This document shows, piece after piece, positions 1 to 14,757 of a stretch of DNA of 64,000 bases; within the stretch, counting starts at the first letter, position 1; every line of letters begins with the position of its first letter. This DNA is from Eledone cirrhosa. Lineage: Eukaryota. The position numbers and the translations under genes are program-made. Location: assembly GCA_964016885.1 (NCBI GenBank), contig OZ024743.1, positions 45,260,001 to 45,324,000 of the forward strand, given 5' to 3'. A model generated the notes under the pieces. That model worked only from the letters and a program-made list of their open reading frames with translations, was not told where the DNA came from and did no database searches.

Positions 1-1569
1 TCTATCACCCAAGTAGACCAACGGAACTATATGAGATTCTAGTCTATCACCCAAGTAGACCAACAGAACTTTATGAGATCCTAGTCTATCACCCAAGTAG
101 ACCAACGGAACTTTATGAGATTCTAGTCTATCACCCAAGTAGACCAACGGAACTTTATGAGATTCTACTCTATCACCCAAGTAGACCAACGGAACTTTAT
201 GAGATCCTAGTCTATCACCCAAGTAGACCAACGGAACTTTATGAGATTCTAGTCTATGAACCCAAGTAGGCTAACGGAACTTTATGAGATTCTAGTCTAT
301 CACCCAAGTAGACCAACGGAACTTTATGAGATTCTAGTCTATCACCCAAGTAGGCTAACGGAACTTTATGAGATTCTAGTCTATCACCCAAGTAGACCAA
401 CGGAACTTTATGAGATTCTAGTCTATGAACCCAAGTAGGCTAACGGAACTTTATGAGATTCTAGTCTATCACCCAAGTAGGCTAACGGAACTTTATGAGA
501 TTCTAGTCTATCACCCAAGTAGACCAACGGAACTTTATGAGATTCTAGTCTATGAACCCAAGTAGGCTAACGGAACTTTATGAGATTCTAGTCTATCACC
601 CAAGTAGACCAACGGAACTTTATGAGATTCTAGTCTATCACCCAAGTAGGCTAACAGAACGTTATGAGATTCTAGTCTATCACCCAAGTAGGCTAACAGA
701 ACTTTATGAGATTCTAGTTTATCACCCAAGTAGACCAACGGAACTTTATGAGATTCTAGTCTATCACCCAAGTAGACCAACGGAACTTTATGAGATTCTA
801 GTCTATCACCCAAGTAGGCTAACAGAACTTTATGAGATTGTAGTCTATCACCCAAGTAGACCAACGGAACTTTATGAGAGTCTAGTCTATCACCCAAGTA
901 GGCTAACGGAACTTTATGAGATTCTAGTCTATCACCCAAGTAGACCAACGGAACTTTATGAGATTCTAGTCTATCACCCAAGTAGACCAACGGAACTTTA
1001 TGAGATTCTAGTCTATCACCCAAGTAGACCAACGGAACTTTATGCGATTCTTGTCTATCACCCAAGTAGACCAACGGAACTTTATGAGATTCTAGTCTAT
1101 CACCCAAGTAGACCAACGCAACTTTATGAGATTCTAGTCTATCACCCAAGTAGACCAACGGAACTTTATGAGAGTCTAGTCTATCACCCAAGTAGGCTAA
1201 CGGAACTTTATGAGATTCTAGTCTATCACCCAAGTAGACCAACGGAACTTTATGAGATTCTAGTCTATCACCCAAGTAGACCAACGGAACTTTATGAGAT
1301 TCTAGTCTATCACCCAACTAGGCTAACGGAACTTTATGAGATTCTAGTCTATCACCCAAGTAGGCTAACAGAACTTTATGAGATTCTAGTCTATCACCCA
1401 AGTAGGCTAACAGAACTTTATGAGATTCTAGTCTATCACCCAAGTAGGCTAACAGAACTTTATGAGATTCTAGTCTATCACCCAAGTAGGCTAACAGAAC
1501 TTTATGAGATTCTAGTCTATCACCCAAGTAGGCTAACAGAACTTTATGAGATTCTAGTCTATCACCCAA

Positions 1570-4500
1570 GTAGACCAACGGAACTTTATGAGATTCTAGT
1601 CTATCACCCAAGTAGGCTAACGGAACTTTATGAGATTCTAGTCTATCACCCAAGTAGGCTAACAGAAATTTATGAGATTCTAGTCTATCACCCAAGTAGG
1701 CTAACAGAACTTTATGAGATTCTAGTCTATCACCCAAGTAGGCTAACAGAACTTTATGAGATTCTAGTCTATCACCCAAGTAGGCTAACAGAACTTTATG
1801 AGATTCTAGTCTATCACCCAAGTAGGCTAACAGAACTTTATGAGATTCTAGTCTATCACCCAAGTAGGCTAACGGAACTTTATGAGATTCTAGTCTGTCA
1901 CCCAAGTAGACCAACGGAACTTTATGAGATTCTACTCTATCACCCAAGTAGACCAACGGAACTTTATGAGATTCTAGTCTATCACCCAAGTAGACCAACG
2001 GAACTTTATGAGATTCTAGTCTATCACCCAAGTAGACCAACGGAACTTTATGAGATTCTACTCTATCACCCAAGTAGACCAACGGAAGTTTATGAGATTC
2101 TAGTCTATCACCCAAGTAGACCAACGGAACTTTATGAGATTCTACTCTATCACCCAAGTAGACCAACGGAACTTTATGAGATTCTACTCTATCACCCAAG
2201 TAGACCAACGGAACTTTATGAGATTCTAGTCTATCACCCAAGTAGACCAACGGAACTTTATGAGATTCTAGTCTATCACCCAAGTAGGCTAACAGAACGT
2301 TATGAGATTCTACTCTATCACCCAAGTAGGCTAACAGAACTTTATGAGATTCTAGTCTATCACCCAAGTAGACCAACGGAACTTTATGAGATTCTAGTCT
2401 ATCACCCAAGTAGACCAACGGAACTTTATGAGATTCTAGTCTATCACCCAAGTTGGCTAACAGAACGTTATGAGATTCTAGTCTATCACCCAAGTAGGCT
2501 AACAGAACTTTATGAGATTCTAGTCTATCACCCAAGTAGACCAACGGAACTTTATGAGATTCTACTCTATCACCCAAGTAGACCAACGGAACTTTATGAG
2601 ATTCTAGTCTATCACCCAAGTAGACCAACGGAACTTTATGAGATTCTACTCTATCACCCAAGTAGACCAACGGAACTTTATGAGATTCTACTCTATCACC
2701 AAAGTAGACCAACGGAACTTTATGAGATTCTAGTCTATCACCCAAGTAGACCAACGGAACTTTATGAGATTCTAGTCTATCACCCAAGTAGACCAACGGA
2801 ACTTTATGAGATTCTACTCTAACACCCAAGTAGACCAACGGAACTTTATGAGATTCTACTCTATCACCCAAGTAGACCAACGGAACTTTATGAGATTCTA
2901 GTCTATCACCCAAGTAGACCAACGGAACTTTATGAGATTCTAGTCTATCACCCAAGTAGACCAACGGAACTTTATGAGATTCTAGTCTATCACCCAAGTA
3001 GGCTAACAGAACTATATGAGATTCTAGTCTATCACCCAAGTAGACCAACGGAACTTTATGAGATTCTAGTCTATCACCCAAGTAGGCTAACGGAACTTTA
3101 TGAGATTCTAGTCTATCACCCAAGTAGAACAACGGAACTTTATGAGATTCTAGTCTATCACCCAAGTAGACCAACGGAACTTTATGAGATTCTAGTCTAT
3201 CACCCAAGTAGGCTAACGGAACTTTATGAGATTCTTGTCTATCACCCAAGTAGGCTAACGGAACTTTATGAGATTCTAGTCTATCACCCAAGTAGACCAA
3301 CGGAACTTTATGAGATTCTAGTCTATCACCCAAGTAGACCAACGGAACTTTATGAGATTCTAGTCTATCACCCAAGTAGACCAACTGAACTTTATGAGAT
3401 TCTAGTCTATCACCCAAGTAGACCAACGGAACTTTATGAGATTCTAGTCTATCACCCAAGTAGACCAACGGAACTTTATGAGATTCTAGTCTATCACCCA
3501 AGTAGACCAACGGAACTTTATGAGATTCTAGTCTATCACCCAAGTAGACCAACGGAACTTTATGAGATTCTAGTCTAACACCCAAGTAGGCTAACGGAAC
3601 TTTATGAGATTCTAGTCTATCACCCAAGTAGACCAACGGTACTTTATGAGATTCTAGTCTATCACCCAATTAGACCAACGGAACTTTATGAGATTCTACT
3701 CTATCACCCAAGTAGACCAACGGAACTTTATGAGATTCTAGTCTATCACCCAAGTAGGCTAACGGAACTTTATGAGATTCTAGTCTATCACCCAAGTAGG
3801 CTAACAGAAATTTATGAGATTCTAGTCTATCACCCAAGTAGGCTAACAGAACTTTATGAGATTCTAGTCTATCACCCAAGTAGGCTAACAGAACTTTATG
3901 AGATTCTAGTCTATCACCCAAGTAGGCTAACAGAACTTTATGAGATTCTAGTCTATCACCCAAGTAGGCTAACGGAACTTTATGAGATTCTAGTCTGTCA
4001 CCCAAGTAGACCAACGGAACTTTATGAGATTCTACTCTATCACCCAAGTAGACCAACGGAACTTTATGAGATTCTAGTCTATCACCCAAGTAGACCAACG
4101 GAACTTTATGAGATTCTAGTCTATCACCCAAGTAGACCAACGGAACTTTATGAGATTCTACTCTATCACCCAAGTAGACCAACGGAACTTTATGAGATTC
4201 TAGTCTATCACCCAAGTAGACCAACGGAACTTTATGAGATTCTACTCTATCACCCAAGTAGACCAACGGAACTTTATGAGATTCTACTCTATCACCCAAG
4301 TAGACCAACGGAACTTTATGAGATTCTAGTCTATCACTCAAGTAGACCAACGGAACTTTATGAGATTCTAGTCTATCACCCAAGTAGGCTAACAGAACGT
4401 TATGAGATTCTAGTCTATCACCCAAGTAGGCTAACAGAACTTTATGAGATTCTAGTCTATCACCCAAGTAGACCAACGGAACTTTATGAGATTCTAGTCT

Positions 4501-5769
4501 ATCACCCAAGTAGACCAACGGAACTTTATGAGATTCTAGTCTATCACCCAAGTAGGCTAACAGAACGTTATGAGATTCTAGTCTATCACCCAAGTAGGCT
4601 AACAGAACTTTATGAGATTCTAGTCTATCACCCAAGTAGACCAACGGAACTTTATGAGATTCTACTCTATCACCCAAGTAGACCAACGGAACTTTATGAG
4701 ATTCTAGTCTATCACCCAAGTAGACCAACGGAACTTTATGAGATTCTACTCTATCACCCAAGTAGACCAACGGAACTTTATGAGATTCTACTCTATCACC
4801 CAAGTAGACCAACGGAACTTTATGAGATTCTAGTCTATCACCCAAGTAGACCAACGGAACTTTATGAGATTCTAGTCTATCACCCAAGTAGACCAACGGA
4901 ACTTTATGAGATTCTACTCTAACACCCAAGTAGACCAACGGAACTTTATGAGATTCTACTCTATCACCCAAGTAGACCAACGGAACTTTATGAGATTCTA
5001 GTCTATCACCCAAGTAGACCAACGGAACTTTATGAGATTCTAGTCTATCACCCAAGTAGACCAACGGAACTTTATGAGATTCTAGTCTATCACCCAAGTA
5101 GGCTAACAGAACTATATGAGATTCTAGTCTATCACCCAAGTAGACCAACGGAACTTTATGAGATTCTAGTCTATCACCCAAGTAGGCTAACGGAACTTTA
5201 TGAGATTCTAGTCTATCACCCAAGTAGACCAACGGAACTTTATGAGATTCTAGTCTATCACCCAAGTAGACCAACGGAACTTTATGAGATTCTAGTCTAT
5301 CACCCAAGTAGGCTAACGGAACTTTATGAGATTCTAGTCTATCACCCAAGTAGGCTAACGGAACTTTATGAGATTCTAGTCTATCACCCAAGTAGACCAA
5401 CGGAACTTTATGAGATTCTAGTCTATCACCCAAGTAGACCAACGGAACTTTATGAGATTCTAGTCTATCACCCAAGTAGACCAACGGAACTTTATGAGAT
5501 TCTAGTCTATCACCCAAGTAGACCAACGGAACTTTATGAGATTCTAGTCTATCACCCAAGTAGACCAACGGAACTTTATGAGATTCTAGTCTATCACCCA
5601 AGTAGACCAACGGAACTTTATGAGATTCTAGTCTATCACCCAAGTAGACCAACGGAACTTTATGAGATTCTAGTCTAACACCCAAGTAGGCTAACGGAAC
5701 TTTATGAGATTCTAGTCTATCACCCAAGTAGACCAACGGAACTTTATGAAATTCTAGTCTATCACCCAA
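1570..5769. repeat. Two tandem copies of a 50-monomer (2100 bp) higher-order unit; a further copy lies at 18034-20133
   Basis: Marker TACTCTAAC recurs at 2820/4920 and AATTAG at 3670/5770. The 699-aa translations of 3670-5769 and 18034-20133 are nearly identical. Confidence 0.85.
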
Positions 5770-6735
5770 TTAGACCAACGGAACTTTATGAGATTCTAGT
5801 CTATCACCCAAGTAGACCAACGGAACTTTATGAGATTCTAGTCTATCACCCAAGTAGACCAACGGAACTTTATGAGATTCTAGTCTATCACCCAAGTAGA
5901 CCAACGGAACTTTATGAGATTCTAGTCTATCACCCAAGTAGACCAACGGAACTTTATGAGATTCTAGTCTATCACCCAAGTAGACCAACGGAACTTTATG
6001 AGATTCTAGTCTATCACCCAAGTAGGCTAACAGAACTTTATGAGATTCTAGTCTATCACCCAAGTAGACCAACAGAACTTTATGAGATTCTAGTCTATCA
6101 CCCAAGTAGACCAACGGAACTTTATGAGATTCTAGTCTATCACCCAAGTAGGCTAACGGAACTTTATGAGATTCTAGTCTATCACCCAAGTAGACCAACG
6201 GAACTTTATGAGATTCTAGTCTATCACCCAAGTAGACCAACGGAACTTTATGAGATTCTAGTCTATCACCCAAGTAGGCTAACGGAACTTTATGAGATTC
6301 TTGTCTATCACCCAAGTAGGCTAACGGAACTTTATGAGATTCTAGTCTATCACCCAAGTAGACCAACGGAACTTTATGAGATTCTAGTCTATCACCCAAG
6401 TAGACCAACGGAACTTTATGAGATTCTAGTCTATCACCCAAGTAGACCAACTGAACTTTATGAGATTCTAGTCTATCACCCAAGTAGACCAACGGAACTT
6501 TATGAGATTCTAGTCTATCACCCAAGTAGACCAACGGAACTTTATGAGATTCTAGTCTATCACCCAAGTAGACCAACGGAACTTTATGAGATTCTAGTCT
6601 ATCACCCAAGTAGACCAACGGAACTTTATGAGATTCTAGTCTAACACCCAAGTAGGCTAACGGAACTTTATGAGATTCTAGTCTATCACCCAAGTAGACC
6701 AACGGTACTTTATGAGATTCTAGTCTATCACCCAA
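5770..6735. repeat. 23-monomer (966 bp) higher-order unit, copy 1 of 3 (others at 14758-15723 and 17068-18033)
   Basis: The three 321-aa minus-strand translations appear identical and carry the same rare variants (TTCTTG, CCAACTG, CGGTACT). Confidence 0.9.
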
Positions 6736-7079
6736 TTAGACCAACGGAACTTTATGAGATTCTACTCTATCACCCAAGTAGACCAACGGAACTTTATGAG
6801 ATTCTAGTCTATCACCCAAGTAGGCTAACGGAACTTTATGAGATTCTAGTCTATCACCCAAGTAGGCTAACAGAAATTTATGAGATTCTAGTCTATCACC
6901 CAAGTAGGCTAACAGAACTTTATGAGATTCTAGTCTATCACCCAAGTAGGCTAACAGAACTTTATGAGATTCTAGTCTATCACCCAAGTAGGCTAACAGA
7001 ACTTTATGAGATTCTAGTCTATCACCCAAGTAGGCTAACGGAACTTTATGAGATTCTAGTCTGTCACCCAAGTAGACCA

Positions 7080-10000
7080 ACGGAACTTTATGAGATTCTA
7101 CTCTATCACCCAAGTAGACCAACGGAACTTTATGAGATTCTAGTCTATCACCCAAGTAGACCAACGGAACTTTATGAGATTCTAGTCTATCACCCAAGTA
7201 GACCAACGGAACTTTATGAGATTCTACTCTATCACCCAAGTAGACCAACGGAACTTTATGAGATTCTAGTCTATCACCCAAGTAGACCAACGGAACATTA
7301 TGAGATTCTACTCTATCACCCAAGTAGACCAACGGAACTTTATGAGATTCTACTCTATCACCCAAGTAGACCAACGGAACTTTATGAGATTCTAGTCTAT
7401 CACTCAAGTAGACCAACGGAACTTTATGAGATTCTAGTCTATCACCCAAGTAGGCTAACAGAACGTTATGAGATTCTAGTCTATCACCCAAGTAGGCTAA
7501 CAGAACTTTATGAGATTCTAGTCTATCACCCAAGTAGACCAACGGAACTTTATGAGATTCTAGTCTATCACCCAAGTAGACCAACGGAACTTTATGAGAT
7601 TCTAGTCTATCACCCAAGTAGGCTAACAGAACGTTATGAGATTCTAGTCTATCACCCAAGTAGGCTAACAGAACTTTATGAGATTCTAGTCTATCACCCA
7701 AGTAGACCAACGGAACTTTATGAGATTCTACTCTATCACCCAAGTAGACCAACGGAACTTTATGAGATTCTAGTCTATCACCCAAGTAGACCAACGGAAC
7801 TTTATGAGATTCTACTCTATCACCCAAGTAGACCAACGGAACTTTATGAGATTCTACTCTATCACCAAAGTAGACCAACGGAACTTTATGAGATTCTAGT
7901 CTATCACCCAAGTAGACCAACGGAACTTTATGAGATTCTAGTCTATCACCCAAGTAGACCAACGGAACTTTATGAGATTCTACTCTAACACCCAAGTAGA
8001 CCAACGGAACTTTATGAGATTCTACTCTATCACCCAAGTAGACCAACGGAACTTTATGAGATTCTAGTCTATCACCCAAGTAGACCAACGGAACTTTATG
8101 AGATTCTAGTCTATCACCCAAGTAGACCAACGGAACTTTATGAGATTCTAGTCTATCACCCAAGTAGGCTAACAGAACTATATGAGATTCTAGTCTATCA
8201 CCCAAGTAGACCAACGGAACTTTATGAGATTCTAGTCTATCACCCAAGTAGGCTAACGGAACTTTATGAGATTCTAGTCTATCACCCAAGTAGACCAACG
8301 GAACTTTATGAGATTCTAGTCTATCACCCAAGTAGACCAACGGAACTTTATGAGATTCTAGTCTATCACCCAAGTAGGCTAACGGAACTTTATGAGATTC
8401 TAGTCTATCACCCAAGTAGGCTAACGGAACTTTATGAGATTCTAGTCTATCACCCAAGTAGACCAACGGAACTTTATGAGATTCTAGTCTATCACCCAAG
8501 TAGACCAACGGAACTTTATGAGATTCTAGTCTATCACCCAAGTAGACCAACGGAACTTTATGAGATTCTAGTCTATCACCCAAGTAGACCAACGGAACTT
8601 TATGAGATTCTAGTCTATCACCCAAGAAGACCAACGGAACTTTATGAGATTCTAGTCTATCACCCAAGTAGACCAACGGTACTTTATGAGATTCTAGTCT
8701 ATCACCCAAGTAGACCAACGGAACTTTATGAGATTCTAGTCTAACACCCAAGTAGGCTAACGGAACTTTATGAGATTCTAGTCTATCACCCAAGTAGGCT
8801 AACAGAACGTTATGAGATTCTAGTCTATCACCCAAGTAGGCTAACAGAACTTTATGAGATTCTAGTCTATCACCCAAGTAGACCAACGGAACTTTATGAG
8901 ATTCTAGTCTATCACCCAAGTAGACCAACGGAACTTTATGAGATTCTAGTCTATCACCCAAGTAGGCTAACAGAACGTTATGAGATTCTAGTCTATCACC
9001 CAAGTAGGCTAACAGAACTTTATGAGATTCTAGTCTATCACCCAAGTAGACCAACGGAACTTTATGAGATTCTACTCTATCACCCAAGTAGACCAACGGA
9101 ACTTTATGAGATTCTAGTCTATCACCCAAGTAGACCAACGGAACTTTATGAGATTCTACTCTATCACCCAAGTAGACCAACGGAACTTTATGAGATTCTA
9201 CTCTATCACCAAAGTAGACCAACGGAACTTTATGAGATTCTAGTCTATCACCCAAGTAGACCAACGGAACTTTATGAGATTCTAGTCTATCACCCAAGTA
9301 GACCAACGGAACTTTATGAGATTCTACTCTAACACCCAAGTAGACCAACGGAACTTTATGAGATTCTACTCTATCACCCAAGTAGACCAACGGAACTTTA
9401 TGAGATTCTAGTCTATCACCCAAGTAGACCAACGGAACTTTATGAGATTCTAGTCTATCACCCAAGTAGACCAACGGAACTTTATGAGATTCTAGTCTAT
9501 CACCCAAGTAGGCTAACAGAACTATATGAGATTCTAGTCTATCACCCAAGTAGACCAACGGAACTTTATGAGATTCTAGTCTATCACCCAAGTAGGCTAA
9601 CGGAACTTTATGAGATTCTAGTCTATCACCCAAGTAGACCAACGGAACTTTATGAGATTCTAGTCTATCACCCAAGTAGACCAACGGAACTTTATGAGAT
9701 TCTAGTCTATCACCCAAGTAGGCTAACGGAACTTTATGAGATTCTAGTCTATCACCCAAGTAGGCTAACGGAACTTTATGAGATTCTAGTCTATCACCCA
9801 AGTAGACCAACGGAACTTTATGAGATTCTAGTCTATCACCCAAGTAGACCAACGGAACTTTATGAGATTCTAGTCTATCACCCAAGTAGACCAACGGAAC
9901 TTTATGAGATTCTAGTCTATCACCCAAGTAGACCAACGGAACTTTATGAGATTCTAGTCTATCACCCAAGTAGACCAACGGAACTTTATGAGATTCTAGT

Positions 10001-13000
10001 CTATCACCCAAGTAGACCAACGGAACTTTATGAGATTCTAGTCTATCACCCAAGTAGACCAACGGAACTTTACGAGATTCTAGTCTAACACCCAAGTAGG
10101 CTAACGGAACTTTATGAGATTCTAGTCTATCACCCAAGTAGACCAACGGAACTTTATGAAATTCTAGTCTATCACCCAATTAGACCAACGGAACTTTATG
10201 AGATTCTAGTCTATCACCCAAGTAGACCAACGGAACTTTATGAGATTCTAGTCTATCACCCAAGTAGACCAACGGAACTTTATGAGATTCTAGTCTATCA
10301 CCCAAGTAGACCAACGGAACTTTATGAGATTCTAGTCTATCACCCAAGTAGACCAACGGAACTTTATGAGATTCTACTCTATCACCCAAGTAGACCAACG
10401 GAACTTTATGAGATTCTAGTCTATCACCCAAGTAGACCAACGGAACTTTATGAGATTCTAGTCTATCACCCAAGTAGACCAACGGAACTTTATGAGATTC
10501 TACTCTATCACCCAAGTAGACCAACGGAACTTTATGAGATTCTAGTCTATCACCCAAGTAGACCAACGGAACATTATGAGATTCTACTCTATCACCCAAG
10601 TAGACCAACGGAACTTTATGAGATTCTACTCTATCACCCAAGTAGACCAACGGAACTTTATGAGATTCTAGTCTATCACTCAAGTAGACCAACGGAACTT
10701 TATGAGATTCTAGTCTATCACCCAAGTAGGCTAACAGAACGTTATGAGATTCTAGTCTATCACCCAAGTAGGCTAACAGAACTTTATGAGATTCTAGTCT
10801 ATCACCCAAGTAGACCAACGGAACTTTATGAAATTCTAGTCTATCACCCAATTAGACCAACGGAACTTTATGAGATTCTAGTCTATCACCCAAGTAGACC
10901 AACGGAACTTTATGAGATTCTAGTCTATCACCCAAGTAGACCAACGGAACTTTATGAGATTCTAGTCTATCACCCAAGTAGACCAACGGAACTTTATGAG
11001 ATTCTAGTCTATCACCCAAGTAGACCAACGGAACTTTATGAGATTCTACTCTATCACCCAAGTAGACCAACGGAACTTTATGAGATTCTAGTCTATCACC
11101 CAAGTAGACCAACGGAACTTTATGAGATTCTAGTCTATCACCCAAGTAGACCAACGGAACTTTATGAGATTCTACTCTATCACCCAAGTAGACCAACGGA
11201 ACATTATGAGATTCTACTCTATCACCCAAGTAGACCAACGGAACTTTATGAGATTCTACTCTATCACCCAAGTAGACCAACGGAACTTTATGAGATTCTA
11301 GTCTATCACTCAAGTAGACCAACGGAACTTTATGAGATTCTAGCCTATCACCCAAGTAGGCTAACAGAACGTTATGAGATTCTAGTCTATCACCCAAGTA
11401 GGCTAACGGAACTTTATGAGATTCTAGTCTATCACCCAAGTAGACCAACGGAACTTTATGAAATTCTAGTCTATCACCCAATTAGACCAACGGAACTTTA
11501 TGAGATTCTAGTCTATCACCCAAGTAGACCAACGGAACTTTATGAGATTCTAGTCTATCACCCAAGTAGACCAACGGAACTTTATGAGATTCTAGTCTAT
11601 CACCCAAGTAGACCAACGGAACTTTATGAGATTCTAGTCTATCACCCAAGTAGACCAACGGAACTTTATGAGATTCTACTCTATCACCCAAGTAGACCAA
11701 CGGAACTTTATGAGATTCTAGTCTATCACCCAAGTAGACCAACGGAACTTTATGAGATTCTAGTCTATCACCCAAGTAGACCAACGGAACTTTATGAGAT
11801 TCTACTCTATCACCCAAGTAGACCAACGGAACTTTATGAGATTCTAGTCTATCACCCAAGTAGACCAACGGAACATTATGAGATTCTACTCTATCACCCA
11901 AGTAGACCAACGGAACTTTATGAGATTCTACTCTATCACCCAAGTAGACCAACGGAACTTTATGAGATTCTAGTCTATCACTCAAGTAGACCAACGGAAC
12001 TTTATGAGATTCTAGTCTATCACCCAAGTAGGCTAACAGAACGTTATGAGATTCTAGTCTATCACCCAAGTAGGCTAACAGAACTTTATGAGATTCTAGT
12101 CTATCACCCAAGTAGACCAACGGAACTTTATGAGATTCTAGTCTATCACCCAAGTAGACCAACGGAACTTTATGAGATTCTAGTCTATCACCCAAGTAGG
12201 CTAACAGAACGTTATGAGATTCTAGTCTATCACCCAAGTAGGCTAACAGAACTTTATGAGATTCTAGTCTATCACCCAAGTAGACCAACGGAACTTTATG
12301 AGATTCTACTCTATCACCCAAGTAGACCAACGGAACTTTATGAGATTCTAGTCTATCACCCAAGTAGACCAACGGAACTTTATGAGATTCTACTCTATCA
12401 CCCAAGTAGACCAACGGAACTTTATGAGATTCTACTCTATCACCAAAGTAGACCAACGGAACTTTATGAGATTCTAGTCTATCACCCAAGTAGACCAACG
12501 GAACTTTATGAGATTCTAGTCTATCACCCAAGTAGACCAACGGAACTTTATGAGATTCTACTCTAACACCCAAGTAGACCAACGGAACTTTATGAGATTC
12601 TACTCTATCACCCAAGTAGACCAACGGAACTTTATGAGATTCTAGTCTATCACCCAAGTAGACCAACGGAACTTTATGAGATTCTAGTCTATCACCCAAG
12701 TAGACCAACGGAACTTTATGAGATTCTAGTCTATCACCCAAGTAGGCTAACAGAACTATATGAGATTCTAGTCTATCACCCAAGTAGACCAACGGAACTT
12801 TATGAGATTCTAGTCTATCACCCAAGTAGGCTAACGGAACTTTATGAGATTCTAGTCTATCACCCAAGTAGACCAACGGAACTTTATGAGATTCTAGTCT
12901 ATCACCCAAGTAGACCAACGGAACTTTATGAGATTCTAGTCTATCACCCAAGTAGGCTAACGGAACTTTATGAGATTCTAGTCTATCACCCAAGTAGGCT

Positions 13001-14757
13001 AACGGAACTTTATGAGATTCTAGTCTATCACCCAAGTAGACCAACGGAACTTTATGAGATTCTAGTCTATCACCCAAGTAGACCAACGGAACTTTATGAG
13101 ATTCTAGTCTATCACCCAAGTAGACCAACGGAACTTTATGAGATTCTAGTCTATCACCCAAGTAGACCAACGGAACTTTATGAGATTCTAGTCTATCACC
13201 CAAGAAGACCAACGGAACTTTATGAGATTCTAGTCTATCACCCAAGTAGACCAACGGAACTTTATGAGATTCTAGTCTATCACCCAAGTAGACCAACGGA
13301 ACTTTATGAGATTCTAGTCTAACACCCAAGTAGGCTAACGGAACTTTATGAGATTCTAGTCTATCACCCAAGTAGGCTAACAGAACGTTATGAGATTCTA
13401 GTCTATCACCCAAGTAGGCTAACAGAACTTTATGAGATTCTAGTCTATCACCCAAGTAGACCAACGGAACTTTATGAGATTCTAGTCTATCACCCAAGTA
13501 GACCAACGGAACTTTATGAGATTCTAGTCTATCACCCAAGTAGGCTAACAGAACGTTATGAGATTCTAGTCTATCACCCAAGTAGGCTAACAGAACTTTA
13601 TGAGATTCTAGTCTATCACCCAAGTAGACCAACGGAACTTTATGAGATTCTACTCTATCACCCAAGTAGACCAACGGAACTTTATGAGATTCTAGTCTAT
13701 CACCCAAGTAGACCAACGGAACTTTATGAGATTCTACTCTATCACCCAAGTAGACCAACGGAACTTTATGAGATTCTACTCTATCACCAAAGTAGACCAA
13801 CGGAACTTTATGAGATTCTAGTCTATCACCCAAGTAGACCAACGGAACTTTATGAGATTCTAGTCTATCACCCAAGTAGACCAACGGAACTTTATGAGAT
13901 TCTACTCTAACACCCAAGTAGACCAACGGAACTTTATGAGATTCTACTCTATCACCCAAGTAGACCAACGGAACTTTATGAGATTCTAGTCTATCACCCA
14001 AGTAGACCAACGGAACTTTATGAGATTCTAGTCTATCACCCAAGTAGACCAACGGAACTTTATGAGATTCTAGTCTATCACCCAAGTAGGCTAACAGAAC
14101 TATATGAGATTCTAGTCTATCACCCAAGTAGACCAACGGAACTTTATGAGATTCTAGTCTATCACCCAAGTAGGCTAACGGAACTTTATGAGATTCTAGT
14201 CTATCACCCAAGTAGACCAACGGAACTTTATGAGATTCTAGTCTATCACCCAAGTAGACCAACGGAACTTTATGAGATTCTAGTCTATCACCCAAGTAGG
14301 CTAACGGAACTTTATGAGATTCTAGTCTATCACCCAAGTAGGCTAACGGAACTTTATGAGATTCTAGTCTATCACCCAAGTAGACCAACGGAACTTTATG
14401 AGATTCTAGTCTATCACCCAAGTAGACCAACGGAACTTTATGAGATTCTAGTCTATCACCCAAGTAGACCAACGGAACTTTATGAGATTCTAGTCTATCA
14501 CCCAAGTAGACCAACGGAACTTTATGAGATTCTAGTCTATCACCCAAGTAGACCAACGGAACTTTATGAGATTCTAGTCTATCACCCAAGTAGACCAACG
14601 GAACTTTATGAGATTCTAGTCTATCACCCAAGTAGACCAACGGAACTTTACGAGATTCTAGTCTAACACCCAAGTAGGCTAACGGAACTTTATGAGATTC
14701 TAGTCTATCACCCAAGTAGACCAACGGAACTTTATGAAATTCTAGTCTATCACCCAA
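7080..14757. repeat. 4578-bp (109-monomer) offset duplication, each copy with an internal 1344-bp (32-monomer) repeat; boundaries approximate
   Basis: CAAGAAGA at 8627/13205, TACGAG at 10073/14651 and AATTAG at 10180/14758 all differ by 4578. TACTCTAA at 7986/9330 differs by 1344. Confidence 0.85.

Noticed and set aside
1-42. Origin of the monomer from a 21-bp or 14-bp subunit
   Set aside because: The halves and thirds do not align. Only short echoes exist (CCAAGTAGA/CCAACGGAA and TCTAG/TCTAT), too weak to support a subunit model.
167-178. Similarity to operator half-sites (tetO1-like ACTCTATCA, lambda-like TATCACC) and to synthetic tetO arrays
   Set aside because: Only a 7-9 bp half-site is present, with no inverted partner, and the tetO-like match needs a minority variant. 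The nested mutational history does not look like a designed construct.
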